A DNA stretch of 64,000 nucleotides from Candidatus Rokuibacteriota bacterium. Lineage in GTDB: Bacteria; Methylomirabilota; Methylomirabilia; Rokubacteriales; CSP1-6. Both the position numbers and the translations under genes were made by a program. The stretch spans positions 5,511 to 69,510 of the forward strand of contig QHSL01000070.1 in assembly GCA_003220435.1 (NCBI GenBank), written 5' to 3'. Within the stretch, counting starts at the first letter, position 1; the number at the start of each line of letters is the position of its first letter. The notes beneath the pieces were generated by a model, which was given only the letters and a program-made list of their open reading frames with translations, searched no databases and was not told where the DNA came from. Positions 36,388-45,489 of this stretch are shown in pieces.

Positions 36388-37637
36388 GGACACTCTTCGT
36401 GATCTCCGGCGTGCCGCTGCCGCTCAACGTCGGGGGCAACCACCGCCCGTATCACATGCTGCGGGCGCTCGCCGGGATCAGCGACGTGTCGGTCGTGTGC
36501 GCCGCGAAGGCGGGCGACGATCCACGCCATCTCGCCGAGCTTCGCGCGATGTGCCACCACGTGTTCCCGTTCCCCGATGCGTCCTTCCGCTGGCACCGCG
36601 ACACCCGGCGGCGCCTGCCGGGCCTGCGCGCGGCGCTCCAGCACCTCGACCCGTTCGAGCCGGCGCTGCTGAAGTCCTACCACTCGGCGCCCGCCGCCAC
36701 GCTGCTGAGAAACCTGGCGCAGGTGCCCTTCGACCTGGTCTGGATCGAGCGCATCCGCCTCCTGCCCAATCTGCCGCCGACCCTCCCCGGCCGGGTGATC
36801 CTCGATCTCGACGACCTCGAGCACCGCAAGCTCGCCGGCAAGCTGAGGACGCGGCGCTGGAGCCGGAGCCTGCCGTTCGACCTGGCCGACTACGTCAAGC
36901 TGCGCGCGCTCGAGCGCTCGCTCGCCCGGCGGCGATGGGAGGTGGTGGTGTGCTCGGACACGGATCGGCAGGCGCTCGGCGCCCATCCGCGCGTGTCGGT
37001 GGTGCCCAACGGTGTCGACCTGCCCGCCGTGGCCGAACGGGCCGTCGATCCGGCGTCGCCGACCTTCGTCTTCGTCGGTGCGATGTTCTACGCGCCGAAC
37101 GTCGACGCAGTGCGCTTCTTCGCGCGCGAGATCCTGCCGCGGATACGCAGGCAATCGCCGCGGGCGCGCTTCGTCGTCGTCGGACGGGACCCCCATCCGG
37201 AGGTCGCGGCGCTCCACGACGGCGACGCGATCACGGTCACCGGGACGGTCGACGACGTCGCGCCGTATCTGCGCGTCGCCTCGGTCGCCGTCGTGCCCAT
37301 CCGTTTCGGTAGCGGGACCCGGATCAAGATCCTCGAAGCCTTCGCCCACCGGGTGCCCGTCGTCAGTACCACGTTCGGCGCCGAGGGCCTCGACGTCGCG
37401 CACGGACGCGAGCTCCTCCTGGCGGACGATCCCGAGGCCTTCGCCGCCGCGTGCACCGGTCTGGCCGGCGACCGGCGATTGCAAGAAGCGCTCACCGAGC
37501 GAGGCCACGACCTCGTGCGCCACCGCTACCAGTGGCACGACGTCGAACGGCAGGTCCAGGCCCTGGCCGGCCGCGCCGACGACCGGGCGACCGCCGTCCC
37601 CGGCGCCCCTGCCCACCGAGGCGCCGAATGGCGCTGA
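36384..37637 (+). CDS. GT4 (group 1) glycosyltransferase.
   Basis: ATG 36384 overlaps the upstream TGA. C-terminal GT4 signature (PIRFGSGTRIKILEAFAHRVPVVST). Confidence 0.8.
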   Translation: MRTLFVISGVPLPLNVGGNHRPYHMLRALAGISDVSVVCAAKAGDDPRHLAELRAMCHHVFPFPDASFRWHRDTRRRLPGLRAALQHLDPFEPALLKSYHSAPAATLLRNLAQVPFDLVWIERIRLLPNLPPTLPGRVILDLDDLEHRKLAGKLRTRRWSRSLPFDLADYVKLRALERSLARRRWEVVVCSDTDRQALGAHPRVSVVPNGVDLPAVAERAVDPASPTFVFVGAMFYAPNVDAVRFFAREILPRIRRQSPRARFVVVGRDPHPEVAALHDGDAITVTGTVDDVAPYLRVASVAVVPIRFGSGTRIKILEAFAHRVPVVSTTFGAEGLDVAHGRELLLADDPEAFAAACTGLAGDRRLQEALTERGHDLVRHRYQWHDVERQVQALAGRADDRATAVPGAPAHRGAEWR

Positions 37638-39358
37638 CCTTCGACCGCTACGGAGGCGCAAAGGCCCGCCCCCTGCTCGGCGGCGGGACCGCGTTTCGCA
37701 TCGTCAAGCGGGGCCAGCGGTTCCTCCTCGCAACCCCGGACGGCAACGCCTTCTGGCTCAAGGCCTGCTACGGCATTGACATCACTGACGGCGGCGAGAC
37801 GTTCGTCCGCACGCTGCACGCCAAGTACTCCGGTGACCCGACCTACCCGACCTGGGGCTACTGGTGGCCCTTCGTGGCCCAGGCCGTGCGCAACCTCCGG
37901 CAGTGGGGCTTCAACGCCATCGGGGAATACTCGTCGAACTACGCCATGCCCGTCGATACCAACAACCGCGGGCGCGGCAACAGCGAGAAGATGCCGTTCA
38001 TCCCGCTGACCAACGCCGCGCTTCAGGCGAAACGGAGCTACGGCGTCAAAGAACTCATGTACGGCGTCGACGAAGCCGTCACGCCCGGCCTCTGGCGCGT
38101 CGAGGGCTTTCCCGACGTTTTCGATCCCGCCTTCGCGCGCGCCGTCGGCGAATTGACCTGGCCCGCCCAGCTGCCATGGCTGCTCGGGACGTCGACGGAC
38201 GACCGTGACTATCTTTTCGGCTTCGGGCCCTCACGGGCGCTCGGCGGCTGGCACAACCACCTGGGATGGCAGGCGGCAGCGACGCGCCCGACGCAGACGC
38301 GGAATCCGCGGCTCTGGGTGGGCGCGAAGCAAGGCGTCACGTACACCGACACCACGGTCTACACCAAACTGGCGCTGCGCGACCACCTGCGAACGAAGTA
38401 CCGCGCGCTGGATCAGCTGAACTCGGCATGGGGATCGCGCTACACCACCTGGGACAGCGACGACACGCCCTGGCCCACGGGCCGCGGCTTCCTCGACGAG
38501 AGCGGTCGGAGCCCCTGGCTCGGCCGTGACTTCTACTCGTTGAGCGACTCGGCGCCGGCGGTGCGGGCCGACCTCGACGAGTTCGTCGGCGTCATCGCCG
38601 AGCGTTACTTCTCGGTGACCGTCGGGGCGCTTCGGTCGAAGCGTCCGGGGCACCTGGTCTTCGGTCCGGCGACCATCAGCCCGGCGGCGCATCCCGAAAT
38701 CCTCCGGGCCGCCGGCCGCTGGTGCGACGCCGTCCAGTTCTCCAACGAAGGCGTGAAGGCGCTTCGCCGAGGCCACAGCCTGGTCGGCAAGCCGTTCTTC
38801 GTCTGGACGACCTTCATGGCCCAGGCGGATTCACCGCAGGCGAGCACGAAGGGATGGGCGGGCTTCGACTTTCCCACCCAGGCGGAGCGCGGGCGCGCCT
38901 ATGCCCGGTCCCTCAACGAGCTCACCGGCTTCCGCGCCGACGACGACACGTTCCCGTGCATCGGGATCGACTGGTGGGCCTACTGCGACAAGGTCACCGG
39001 CGGCGAATCGCACAACTTCGGCCTCGTCACCGTTCACGACAATCCGTACGACGGCGTCGCGGCGCGCGTGAGCAAGACGCGCGACACCTCGGGCCAGCCG
39101 GTCGGCGGCGAGACACGCGACTATGGCGACTTCGTGAGCCACGTCAAGCAGGCGAACGACGCCGTCTTCGAGCAGATGCGCGACCTGGCCGCGCGCGACG
39201 CGAGCAGACTCTCGAGCCGCTCGGGCCTGGCCCTGCTGCTGCCGCTGGCCGTCTGGCTCGCCCATCGGACGGACGCCCCGGCGCTCACCCGCCGCGAGCT
39301 GCTGTGCCTGCCAGGCGGCGCCGCGCCGATCGCGAGCGCCCGGAAGGTACCAAGATGA
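37628..39358 (+). CDS. Hypothetical protein, possibly a glycoside-hydrolase-like (TIM-barrel) enzyme.
   Basis: 576 aa from ATG 37628. Segments such as NLRQWGFNAIGEYSS and the Trp/acidic-rich composition resemble GH-type barrels, but I cannot assign a family by eye. Confidence 0.55.
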   Translation: MALTFDRYGGAKARPLLGGGTAFRIVKRGQRFLLATPDGNAFWLKACYGIDITDGGETFVRTLHAKYSGDPTYPTWGYWWPFVAQAVRNLRQWGFNAIGEYSSNYAMPVDTNNRGRGNSEKMPFIPLTNAALQAKRSYGVKELMYGVDEAVTPGLWRVEGFPDVFDPAFARAVGELTWPAQLPWLLGTSTDDRDYLFGFGPSRALGGWHNHLGWQAAATRPTQTRNPRLWVGAKQGVTYTDTTVYTKLALRDHLRTKYRALDQLNSAWGSRYTTWDSDDTPWPTGRGFLDESGRSPWLGRDFYSLSDSAPAVRADLDEFVGVIAERYFSVTVGALRSKRPGHLVFGPATISPAAHPEILRAAGRWCDAVQFSNEGVKALRRGHSLVGKPFFVWTTFMAQADSPQASTKGWAGFDFPTQAERGRAYARSLNELTGFRADDDTFPCIGIDWWAYCDKVTGGESHNFGLVTVHDNPYDGVAARVSKTRDTSGQPVGGETRDYGDFVSHVKQANDAVFEQMRDLAARDASRLSSRSGLALLLPLAVWLAHRTDAPALTRRELLCLPGGAAPIASARKVPR

Positions 39359-40578
39359 CGCGCGGGAACCCACCGACGCCCGCCGCCCCCACGAGCGCCA
39401 CTGCGACGCTCGGCGCCGTCCGGCCCGCGGCGCCGACGACACCCTTCGACGGCGTCGTCATCCTCTCGCCCTTCGCGTGGGACGGCGCCTGGCAGACGCC
39501 TCACTACGTCGCGCGACAGCTCGGTCGCCACGTCCCGGTGGTCTTCGCGGAGAAGCCCGCCACGTGGAGCCCGGGCGACGCCGACTTCGCTCTCGCGAGG
39601 CTACGGCGTCGCAGTCGTGTCCGCGTCGAGTCGACCTCCATTTCGGTCGTATCGCCGAAGGGCCTCCCGCTGAGCCGCCTTCGCACGGTCCGCGGCTGGG
39701 CGATTCGAAGCTTCGGTGCCACGCTCGCCGGCGAGCTCAAGCGGCAGCAGATCAGGAATCCTCTGGGCTGGATCTCCTATTTCGCCGGCTGCACCGAATA
39801 TCTCGAGACGATCGCCAACGGCGCCTACGTGTATCACTGCCTCGATGCCTTCGACTCGGCCGAGGAATCCGAGCTGGCTCGCCGGGCGGCGGCCGTGTTC
39901 GCCGTCAGCCGTCGCCTCTACGAACGGCACGCGGCGAGCAACCCCAACACCTTCCACGTGCCCAACGGCATCGACGCGCAGACCCTCGCGGCCCGGCCGC
40001 CAAGCGCCTGGTCGGCTCGAACGGGTCGCGTGATCGGCTTCGTCGGCATCCTGAACCGTCACATCGACTTCACGCTGCTGGAGAAGATCGCCCGGGCGTT
40101 CACGAACGATCACCTCGTCCTCGGCGGGCCAGTCCTGCGCGGCGCGTCGGCCCCGAGCGGTGAGCAGAGAGCGGCGATGGCCCGGCTGCGCCGTCTGCCG
40201 AATGTCCGCTTCGCCGGCTTCGTGGAGCCGGCGCTCGTCCCACGCCTGGTCGAATCATTTTCGGTCGGCATCATCCCCTTCCTGGCGGACGCGTTCAACG
40301 CCGGTCGCGACCCGATCAAGTTCTATCAGTACTTCGCCCAGGGTAAGGCGGTGGTGACGACGTCCGTCGCGGTCGCCGAGGAGAACGCGACTCTCTGCCA
40401 ACTCGGTGATTCTCACGCCGACTTCCTGGCCGGGATCGACCGGGCGTTGTCGTCGACTGACGATGGCGCCCCTCGCGCGCGCATCGAGCTCGCGCGGCGC
40501 CATACCTGGGAAGCGCTCGCACGAAGAGCCATCCGCTCGCTGGAAGCCGTCGGTATCCACCTCCGGAGGACACCGTGA
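39355..40578 (+). CDS. Glycosyltransferase-like protein (GT4-like fold).
   Basis: ATG 39355 overlaps the upstream TGA. C-terminal IIPFLADAFNAGRDPIKFYQYFAQGKAVVTT resembles the GT-B donor-binding region. Confidence 0.6.
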   Translation: MTRGNPPTPAAPTSATATLGAVRPAAPTTPFDGVVILSPFAWDGAWQTPHYVARQLGRHVPVVFAEKPATWSPGDADFALARLRRRSRVRVESTSISVVSPKGLPLSRLRTVRGWAIRSFGATLAGELKRQQIRNPLGWISYFAGCTEYLETIANGAYVYHCLDAFDSAEESELARRAAAVFAVSRRLYERHAASNPNTFHVPNGIDAQTLAARPPSAWSARTGRVIGFVGILNRHIDFTLLEKIARAFTNDHLVLGGPVLRGASAPSGEQRAAMARLRRLPNVRFAGFVEPALVPRLVESFSVGIIPFLADAFNAGRDPIKFYQYFAQGKAVVTTSVAVAEENATLCQLGDSHADFLAGIDRALSSTDDGAPRARIELARRHTWEALARRAIRSLEAVGIHLRRTP

Positions 40579-41579
40579 ACAGCTGCGCGTCGCCTCTTGA
40601 AAGGATCGGCCCGAGCGCGATGACGCTCTCGGTGGTGATCGCCACCAGGGACCGTCCTCGAGAGCTCCACGGCACGGTGTTCAGTCTTCTCGGGCAAACG
40701 CGTGCGGCGAACGAACTGATCGTCATCGACCAGAGTATCGAGTCCGGCGGTCGGCGGGCCGTCGAACGGGCGGTCGCCGCCCGATCACGGGATCACGGCA
40801 CCGCCCCCATGCTCCGTTACATCCACGACCCCAGCATCCGGGGCGCCGCCCCCGCTCGCAACGTCGGAATCGACCTGGCGGGCGGCGACATCGTGGTCTT
40901 CCTGGACGATGACGTCATTCTGGAGCCGGACTTCTTGCTCGAGATCGCTGCGGTGTACGCGCAGGATCCGACGGTCACCGGCGTCTCCGGCATCATCACC
41001 AACTACGAGCGGCCGCCGGTGTGGCAGCGCGCCTTGCTGCGCGTCTTCTGGCGGGGCCCCTTCCACGACCAGCGCCAGCCGATCTACTGGAATGCCGATG
41101 GGCTGCGGGGAGCGCCACCGCTGAACGTGGACCGGTTCGGAACCACCGGCATGAGCCTCCGTCGCCGCGCCCTCGGTCCCCTCCGCTTCGACCCTCGGCT
41201 GCGAGACGCCTGGCCCGGCGAGGACGTGGACCTGTGCTGCCGGCTGGGAAGCGATCGCAAGCTGGTGATCGCAACCGAGGCGAGATTCGCGCACATGCGC
41301 GTGCCGACGAACCGGCCGCGGGAGCATTGGATCAAGCGAGACGTCCAGGCCATGTACTACCTCTACCGGCGGCACTGGGATCGCGGACCCAAGAATCGTG
41401 TCCGCTTCGGCTGGCTCAATCTCGGCTACGTGTTGCTGGCCACGCTCGGGGGTCTGCGGCGGCGCACGCTCGAGCCATGGCGCATGTTCCTCGAAGCCCG
41501 GCGGGAAGCGCGCGCGTACCGGGAGCCGTTGCGTGTGGAGCACGCCGCGGACCTGGAGCGAAGACTCACGGAGCGATGA
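40575..41579 (+). CDS. Glycosyltransferase family 2.
   Basis: GTG 40575 with GGAGGA 4 nt upstream. LSVVIATRDRPRELHGTVFSLLGQT...DIVVFLDDDV has the GT2 DxD motif. Confidence 0.75.
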   Translation: MNSCASPLERIGPSAMTLSVVIATRDRPRELHGTVFSLLGQTRAANELIVIDQSIESGGRRAVERAVAARSRDHGTAPMLRYIHDPSIRGAAPARNVGIDLAGGDIVVFLDDDVILEPDFLLEIAAVYAQDPTVTGVSGIITNYERPPVWQRALLRVFWRGPFHDQRQPIYWNADGLRGAPPLNVDRFGTTGMSLRRRALGPLRFDPRLRDAWPGEDVDLCCRLGSDRKLVIATEARFAHMRVPTNRPREHWIKRDVQAMYYLYRRHWDRGPKNRVRFGWLNLGYVLLATLGGLRRRTLEPWRMFLEARREARAYREPLRVEHAADLERRLTER

Positions 41580-42214
41580 GCGTGAAAACGACCCTGATCG
41601 GTCTGGCGGGCGGCACCGGCGCGGGCAAGAGCACGATCGTGCGCGCGCTGGTGGACCGCTTCGGCGGGTGCGCGATCGACCTCGACTCGTACTACCTCGA
41701 CCGCAGCGCGCTGCCGCCGGAGGAGCGTAGCCGGGTCAACTACGACCAGCCCGCCGCCTTCGACGACGCGCTGCTGGTCGAGCACCTGGAGCGGCTCATC
41801 GCCGGCGCGGCGGTGCCGAAGCCGCTGTACTCGTTCGAGACTCACACGCGAATCGGCGTCGAGACGCTGGCGCCGGCCCGGCTCGTGATCGTCGAGGGGC
41901 TGTTCACGCTCTGGTGGGAGTCCCTCCGATCGCTGCTGGCGGTGAAGGTGTTCGTCGACGCGCCGCCCGACGTCCGCCTCGTCCGGCGCATCAGGCGCGA
42001 CGTCGCCGAACGGCACCGCACAACCGAACAGGTCCTGCAGCAGTACGTGAGCTCCGTGCGCCCGATGCACGAGCGCTACGTGGAGCCGACGCGCGCCCAC
42101 GCGGACCTGATCATCACCAACGACGGCCCGATCGAGGACACCGTAGAGCGCGCGATCAGCGCGCTCCGAGGGAGGATGGCCGATGGCTCTGCAATCGCTA
42201 CAGCGGGTCGATAA
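41576..42214 (+). CDS. Uridine kinase / phosphoribulokinase-family P-loop kinase.
   Basis: LIGLAGGTGAGKST Walker A, DLDSYYLD and the overall Udk-like pattern. ATG 41576 overlaps the upstream TGA. Confidence 0.75.
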   Translation: MSVKTTLIGLAGGTGAGKSTIVRALVDRFGGCAIDLDSYYLDRSALPPEERSRVNYDQPAAFDDALLVEHLERLIAGAAVPKPLYSFETHTRIGVETLAPARLVIVEGLFTLWWESLRSLLAVKVFVDAPPDVRLVRRIRRDVAERHRTTEQVLQQYVSSVRPMHERYVEPTRAHADLIITNDGPIEDTVERAISALRGRMADGSAIATAGR

Positions 42215-42554
42215 GCCGTGGGGGTACGAGCTGATCTGGGCTCGAACGGACGGGTACGCCGCGAAGATCCTGCACATCAAGGGCGGCCACAAGCTCTCGC
42301 TCCAGTACCACCGGCAGAAGGAGGAGACCATCTATCTGCAGTCCGGGCGGATGATCCTCGTCATCGAGAACGACCACGGCGAGCTCTGTGACGTGGAGCT
42401 CTCGGTCGGCCAGGCGCACCACGTCGCGGTGGGCCGCAGGCACCGGATGATCGCGATCGAGGACTGCGACGTGTTCGAGGTGTCGACCAACCATCTGGAC
42501 GACGTGGTCCGGCTCGAGGACAGCTACGGCCGGGCGGGGACGGCGGCGCCCTGA
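42183..42554 (+). CDS. Cupin-domain protein, mannose-6-phosphate isomerase type II-like.
   Basis: PWGYELIW...KILHIKGGHKLSLQYHRQKEETIYLQSG resembles the PMI-type cupin of ManC-like proteins. Overlaps the kinase gene by 32 nt, so the real start may be later. Confidence 0.55.
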   Translation: MALQSLQRVDKPWGYELIWARTDGYAAKILHIKGGHKLSLQYHRQKEETIYLQSGRMILVIENDHGELCDVELSVGQAHHVAVGRRHRMIAIEDCDVFEVSTNHLDDVVRLEDSYGRAGTAAP

Positions 42555-43414
42555 TGCACCTGGCGTCGCTCGGGCGGGGGCTCCGGCTGGGCGCGGCCGT
42601 CGCGCTGGCGGCGCTCTATGCGCCGGCGATGGCCGCGCTCGTCCACGTCTGGCGCACCGACACGTACGCCGGCCACGGGATGTTCGTGCCGCTCTTCAGC
42701 GCGGTCATCGCCTGGACGGAGCGTGACCGGCTGGGCCGGGCGGCCGGGCGCGGCCATCCGGCCGGCGCCGCGATCGTCCTGGGCGGCCTCGGTCTGCTGG
42801 CGCTCGGCACCGTGGCGGACAGCGTGCTGCTCCAGGGGGTCTCGGTGGCCGTCGCGATCGCCGGCCTCGTCGCGTGGAGCTTCGGCCTACGCTGCCTGCG
42901 CGCGGCAGCGTTCCCCATCGCGTTCCTGCTGCTGATGTCGCCGCTGCCGCGCACGGTCGTCGCGGCGGTCACGCTCCAGGTCCAGCTCTTCGCGGCCGCC
43001 TTTGCGGTCGGCGTGCTGCGGCTGCTCGACCTGCCCGTTTACCAGAGCGGCGTCACGATCGAGCTGCCCTCGATGACGCTGCAGGTCGCCGAAGCGTGCA
43101 ACGGCCTGCGCTTCCTCGTGGCGCTGCTGGTGCTGACGGCGGCGTTCGCGCAGATCACGCAGCGGACCGTCGCCGACAAGGCGGCGCTGGTGGTCGCGGC
43201 GATCCCGATCGCGGTCCTCGCCAACGCGATGCGCGTGGCCGCCATCGTGCTTGGGGTCCAGTACGTGGGCCCGGAGGCGGCCAGCGGCACGATTCACAAC
43301 TGGATCGGCAAGGGCATGTGGGGGCTCACGCTCGTTCCGCTGGTCGGGCTCGGCTTCCTGCTCGCGCGGCGCTCCTCGCCGAAGGTCGGGCCGCTCGAGG
43401 AGGGTATCGCGTGA
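42554..43414 (+). CDS. xrtA: Exosortase (XrtA/EpsH-type transpeptidase), stand-alone without an EpsI domain.
   Basis: 286-aa polytopic membrane protein with hallmark exosortase motifs: conserved Cys (VAEACNGLRF), Arg (ANAMRVAA) and HNWIGK near the C-terminus. ATG 42554 overlaps the upstream TGA. Confidence 0.85.
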   Translation: MHLASLGRGLRLGAAVALAALYAPAMAALVHVWRTDTYAGHGMFVPLFSAVIAWTERDRLGRAAGRGHPAGAAIVLGGLGLLALGTVADSVLLQGVSVAVAIAGLVAWSFGLRCLRAAAFPIAFLLLMSPLPRTVVAAVTLQVQLFAAAFAVGVLRLLDLPVYQSGVTIELPSMTLQVAEACNGLRFLVALLVLTAAFAQITQRTVADKAALVVAAIPIAVLANAMRVAAIVLGVQYVGPEAASGTIHNWIGKGMWGLTLVPLVGLGFLLARRSSPKVGPLEEGIA

Positions 43415-45489
43415 GCGCGACCCTGCTCGCCTTCGTCCTGGCGGCGGCTACGAGCCTCGGGCTCGCCGGGCTGGCGGTGGCCCGGCGACCGCGCGGCGCG
43501 CTCCGCTGGAGCTTCGCGGGAGGCATGGCGGGGTTCGCGGTCGAGTCGATCGCCGCCCTCGTTCTGGTGACGCAGACCGACGCGCCCGATGAGCGGTTGC
43601 TGTGGCTCAAGGTCACCGAGGTCGCGGGGCTCCTGCTCCTGGCGCCGTGGTCCGTCTTCGTCGCGTCGCTGGCGCGTCCCGACGGCCCGGAGCTCTCGCG
43701 GGGCTTCCGCGCCGGTCTCGGGGCGCTCGCGTGCATCGTGACGGCGAGCGCGGCGGCCGTCGCGTATCTGCCCGCGTTCCAGATCGCGGACGTGGTCGGG
43801 CCGTTCCACGCGGCGCGGCTGGACATCCCGGCGCGGGTGTCGGTGCTCGTGCAGCTGGTGGGCACCGTGGTCCTCCTGGCCGGGCTCGAGGCCGCGCTGC
43901 GCACCTCACGGCGCGACGCGCGCTGGCGCATCAAGTACCTGGTGCTGGGTCTGGGCGGCGTGCTGCTCGCCCGCTTCTACTTCATGAGCCAGGTGGCCCT
44001 CTTCAACGTCGAGATGGCGAGCTTTCTCATCACCGGCGCCGCCATCCTGGTCATCGGCAACGTCGCGATCGCGACCTCGATGACGCGGGACCGGCTCGGC
44101 GTCGCCCTGTCGGTGTCGCGCCAGGTGCTGTACCGCTCGGTCGTCGTCGGCGCGCTCGGCGTGTACCTGTTCGCCGTCGGCGTGCTCGGCTGGCTGCTCA
44201 ATTGGCTGGGCATCGGCGAGGAGCTGTTCTTGGGCTCCGTGATCGTCTTCGTCTCGGCGCTCGGGCTGGCCGCCGTGCTGCTCTCCGAGGCGGTGCGCTG
44301 GCGCGTGAAGCGCTTCGTCGCCCGGAACTTCTACCGGAGCAAGTACGACTACCGGGCGCAGTGGGTCAACTTCACCAAGCGGCTGGGCTCGCTGGTGACG
44401 CTCGACGAGCTGGCGCCGCAGCTCCTGTCCACCGTCGTCGAGACGGTCGGCGCCGCCGCGGGCCTTCTGTATCTGCGAGAGGCCGGCAAGGCGTGCCACC
44501 ACGCGACCGCCGCGGTTGGCGCGCGGCGGCCCGTCGCGACGCTCGCCGACGCCCACCCACTGATCGCGTCGCTCGGGGCGCGCCGGGCGCCGCACGTGCT
44601 CGAGAACGGCTGGGCCGGCGCCCTGCTCGAGTCGCCGACTGCGGCCGCGTTTCCGGAGGGATCGGTGCTGGTCCCGCTGCGCTGGCGCGACGAGCTGGCG
44701 GGCTTCCTCCTGATCGGAGGGGAGCAGACTGGCGTGCCGTACACCAGCGAAGACCTCGAGTTCATGGAGACCGTGGCCGAGCAGGCGGTCGGCGCCATCG
44801 TCACCACGCGGCTCTCCGAGAGCCTGGCCCGATCGCGCGAGTTCGAGGCGATCCATCGACTGACGTCGTTCGTGATCCACGACCTCAAGAACTCGATCTC
44901 GGCGCTCTCGATGCTGAGCGAGAACGCGCTCAAGAACTTCGACGACCCCGAGTTCCAGCGCGACGCGCTCCGGACGGTCGTCAAGACCGTGGACCGCATG
45001 ACGGCGCTCCTCGGGCGCCTCAGCGGGGCGCCGGAGGCGGCCCGGCTTCGCCTCGAGGTCGTCGACCTGGCGGCCCTGGTGCTGGACGCGGCGCGACCGA
45101 CCGTCCGGAGCGACCGGATCGCGCTCGTCAAGGAGCTGGCGCCGCTGCCGATCTCCGCCGATCCCGAGGCCCTCTCGAAGGTGATCCAGAACCTCGTCAC
45201 CAACGCCGTGCAGTCGATCGAGGGCCAGGGCACCGTGACCCTGCGCACCTTCGTCGACGGCGGCTGGGCCGTCTTCGCGATCACCGACACCGGCTGCGGC
45301 ATGTCCGTGGAATTCGTGCGCCGGTCGCTGTGGGCGCCGTTCCACTCCACGAAGAAGGGCGGCTGGGGCATCGGCCTCTACCAGGCCAAGGGCATCGTCG
45401 AGGCTCACGGCGGCACCATCGACGTGGCGAGCCGGGAAGGGGCGGGCACCACGTTCTCGATCAAGCTTCCGATCGGAGAGGGAACATGA
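43411..45489 (+). CDS. prsK: PEP-CTERM-system sensor histidine kinase (PrsK-like).
   Basis: GTG 43411 (GAGGAGGG Shine-Dalgarno) overlaps the xrtA stop. ~8 N-terminal TM helices, a GAF-like middle region, an H-box (IHDLKNSISALS) and HATPase motifs (NLVTNAVQS, DTGCGM, GWGIGL). Confidence 0.85.
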   Translation: MSATLLAFVLAAATSLGLAGLAVARRPRGALRWSFAGGMAGFAVESIAALVLVTQTDAPDERLLWLKVTEVAGLLLLAPWSVFVASLARPDGPELSRGFRAGLGALACIVTASAAAVAYLPAFQIADVVGPFHAARLDIPARVSVLVQLVGTVVLLAGLEAALRTSRRDARWRIKYLVLGLGGVLLARFYFMSQVALFNVEMASFLITGAAILVIGNVAIATSMTRDRLGVALSVSRQVLYRSVVVGALGVYLFAVGVLGWLLNWLGIGEELFLGSVIVFVSALGLAAVLLSEAVRWRVKRFVARNFYRSKYDYRAQWVNFTKRLGSLVTLDELAPQLLSTVVETVGAAAGLLYLREAGKACHHATAAVGARRPVATLADAHPLIASLGARRAPHVLENGWAGALLESPTAAAFPEGSVLVPLRWRDELAGFLLIGGEQTGVPYTSEDLEFMETVAEQAVGAIVTTRLSESLARSREFEAIHRLTSFVIHDLKNSISALSMLSENALKNFDDPEFQRDALRTVVKTVDRMTALLGRLSGAPEAARLRLEVVDLAALVLDAARPTVRSDRIALVKELAPLPISADPEALSKVIQNLVTNAVQSIEGQGTVTLRTFVDGGWAVFAITDTGCGMSVEFVRRSLWAPFHSTKKGGWGIGLYQAKGIVEAHGGTIDVASREGAGTTFSIKLPIGEGT

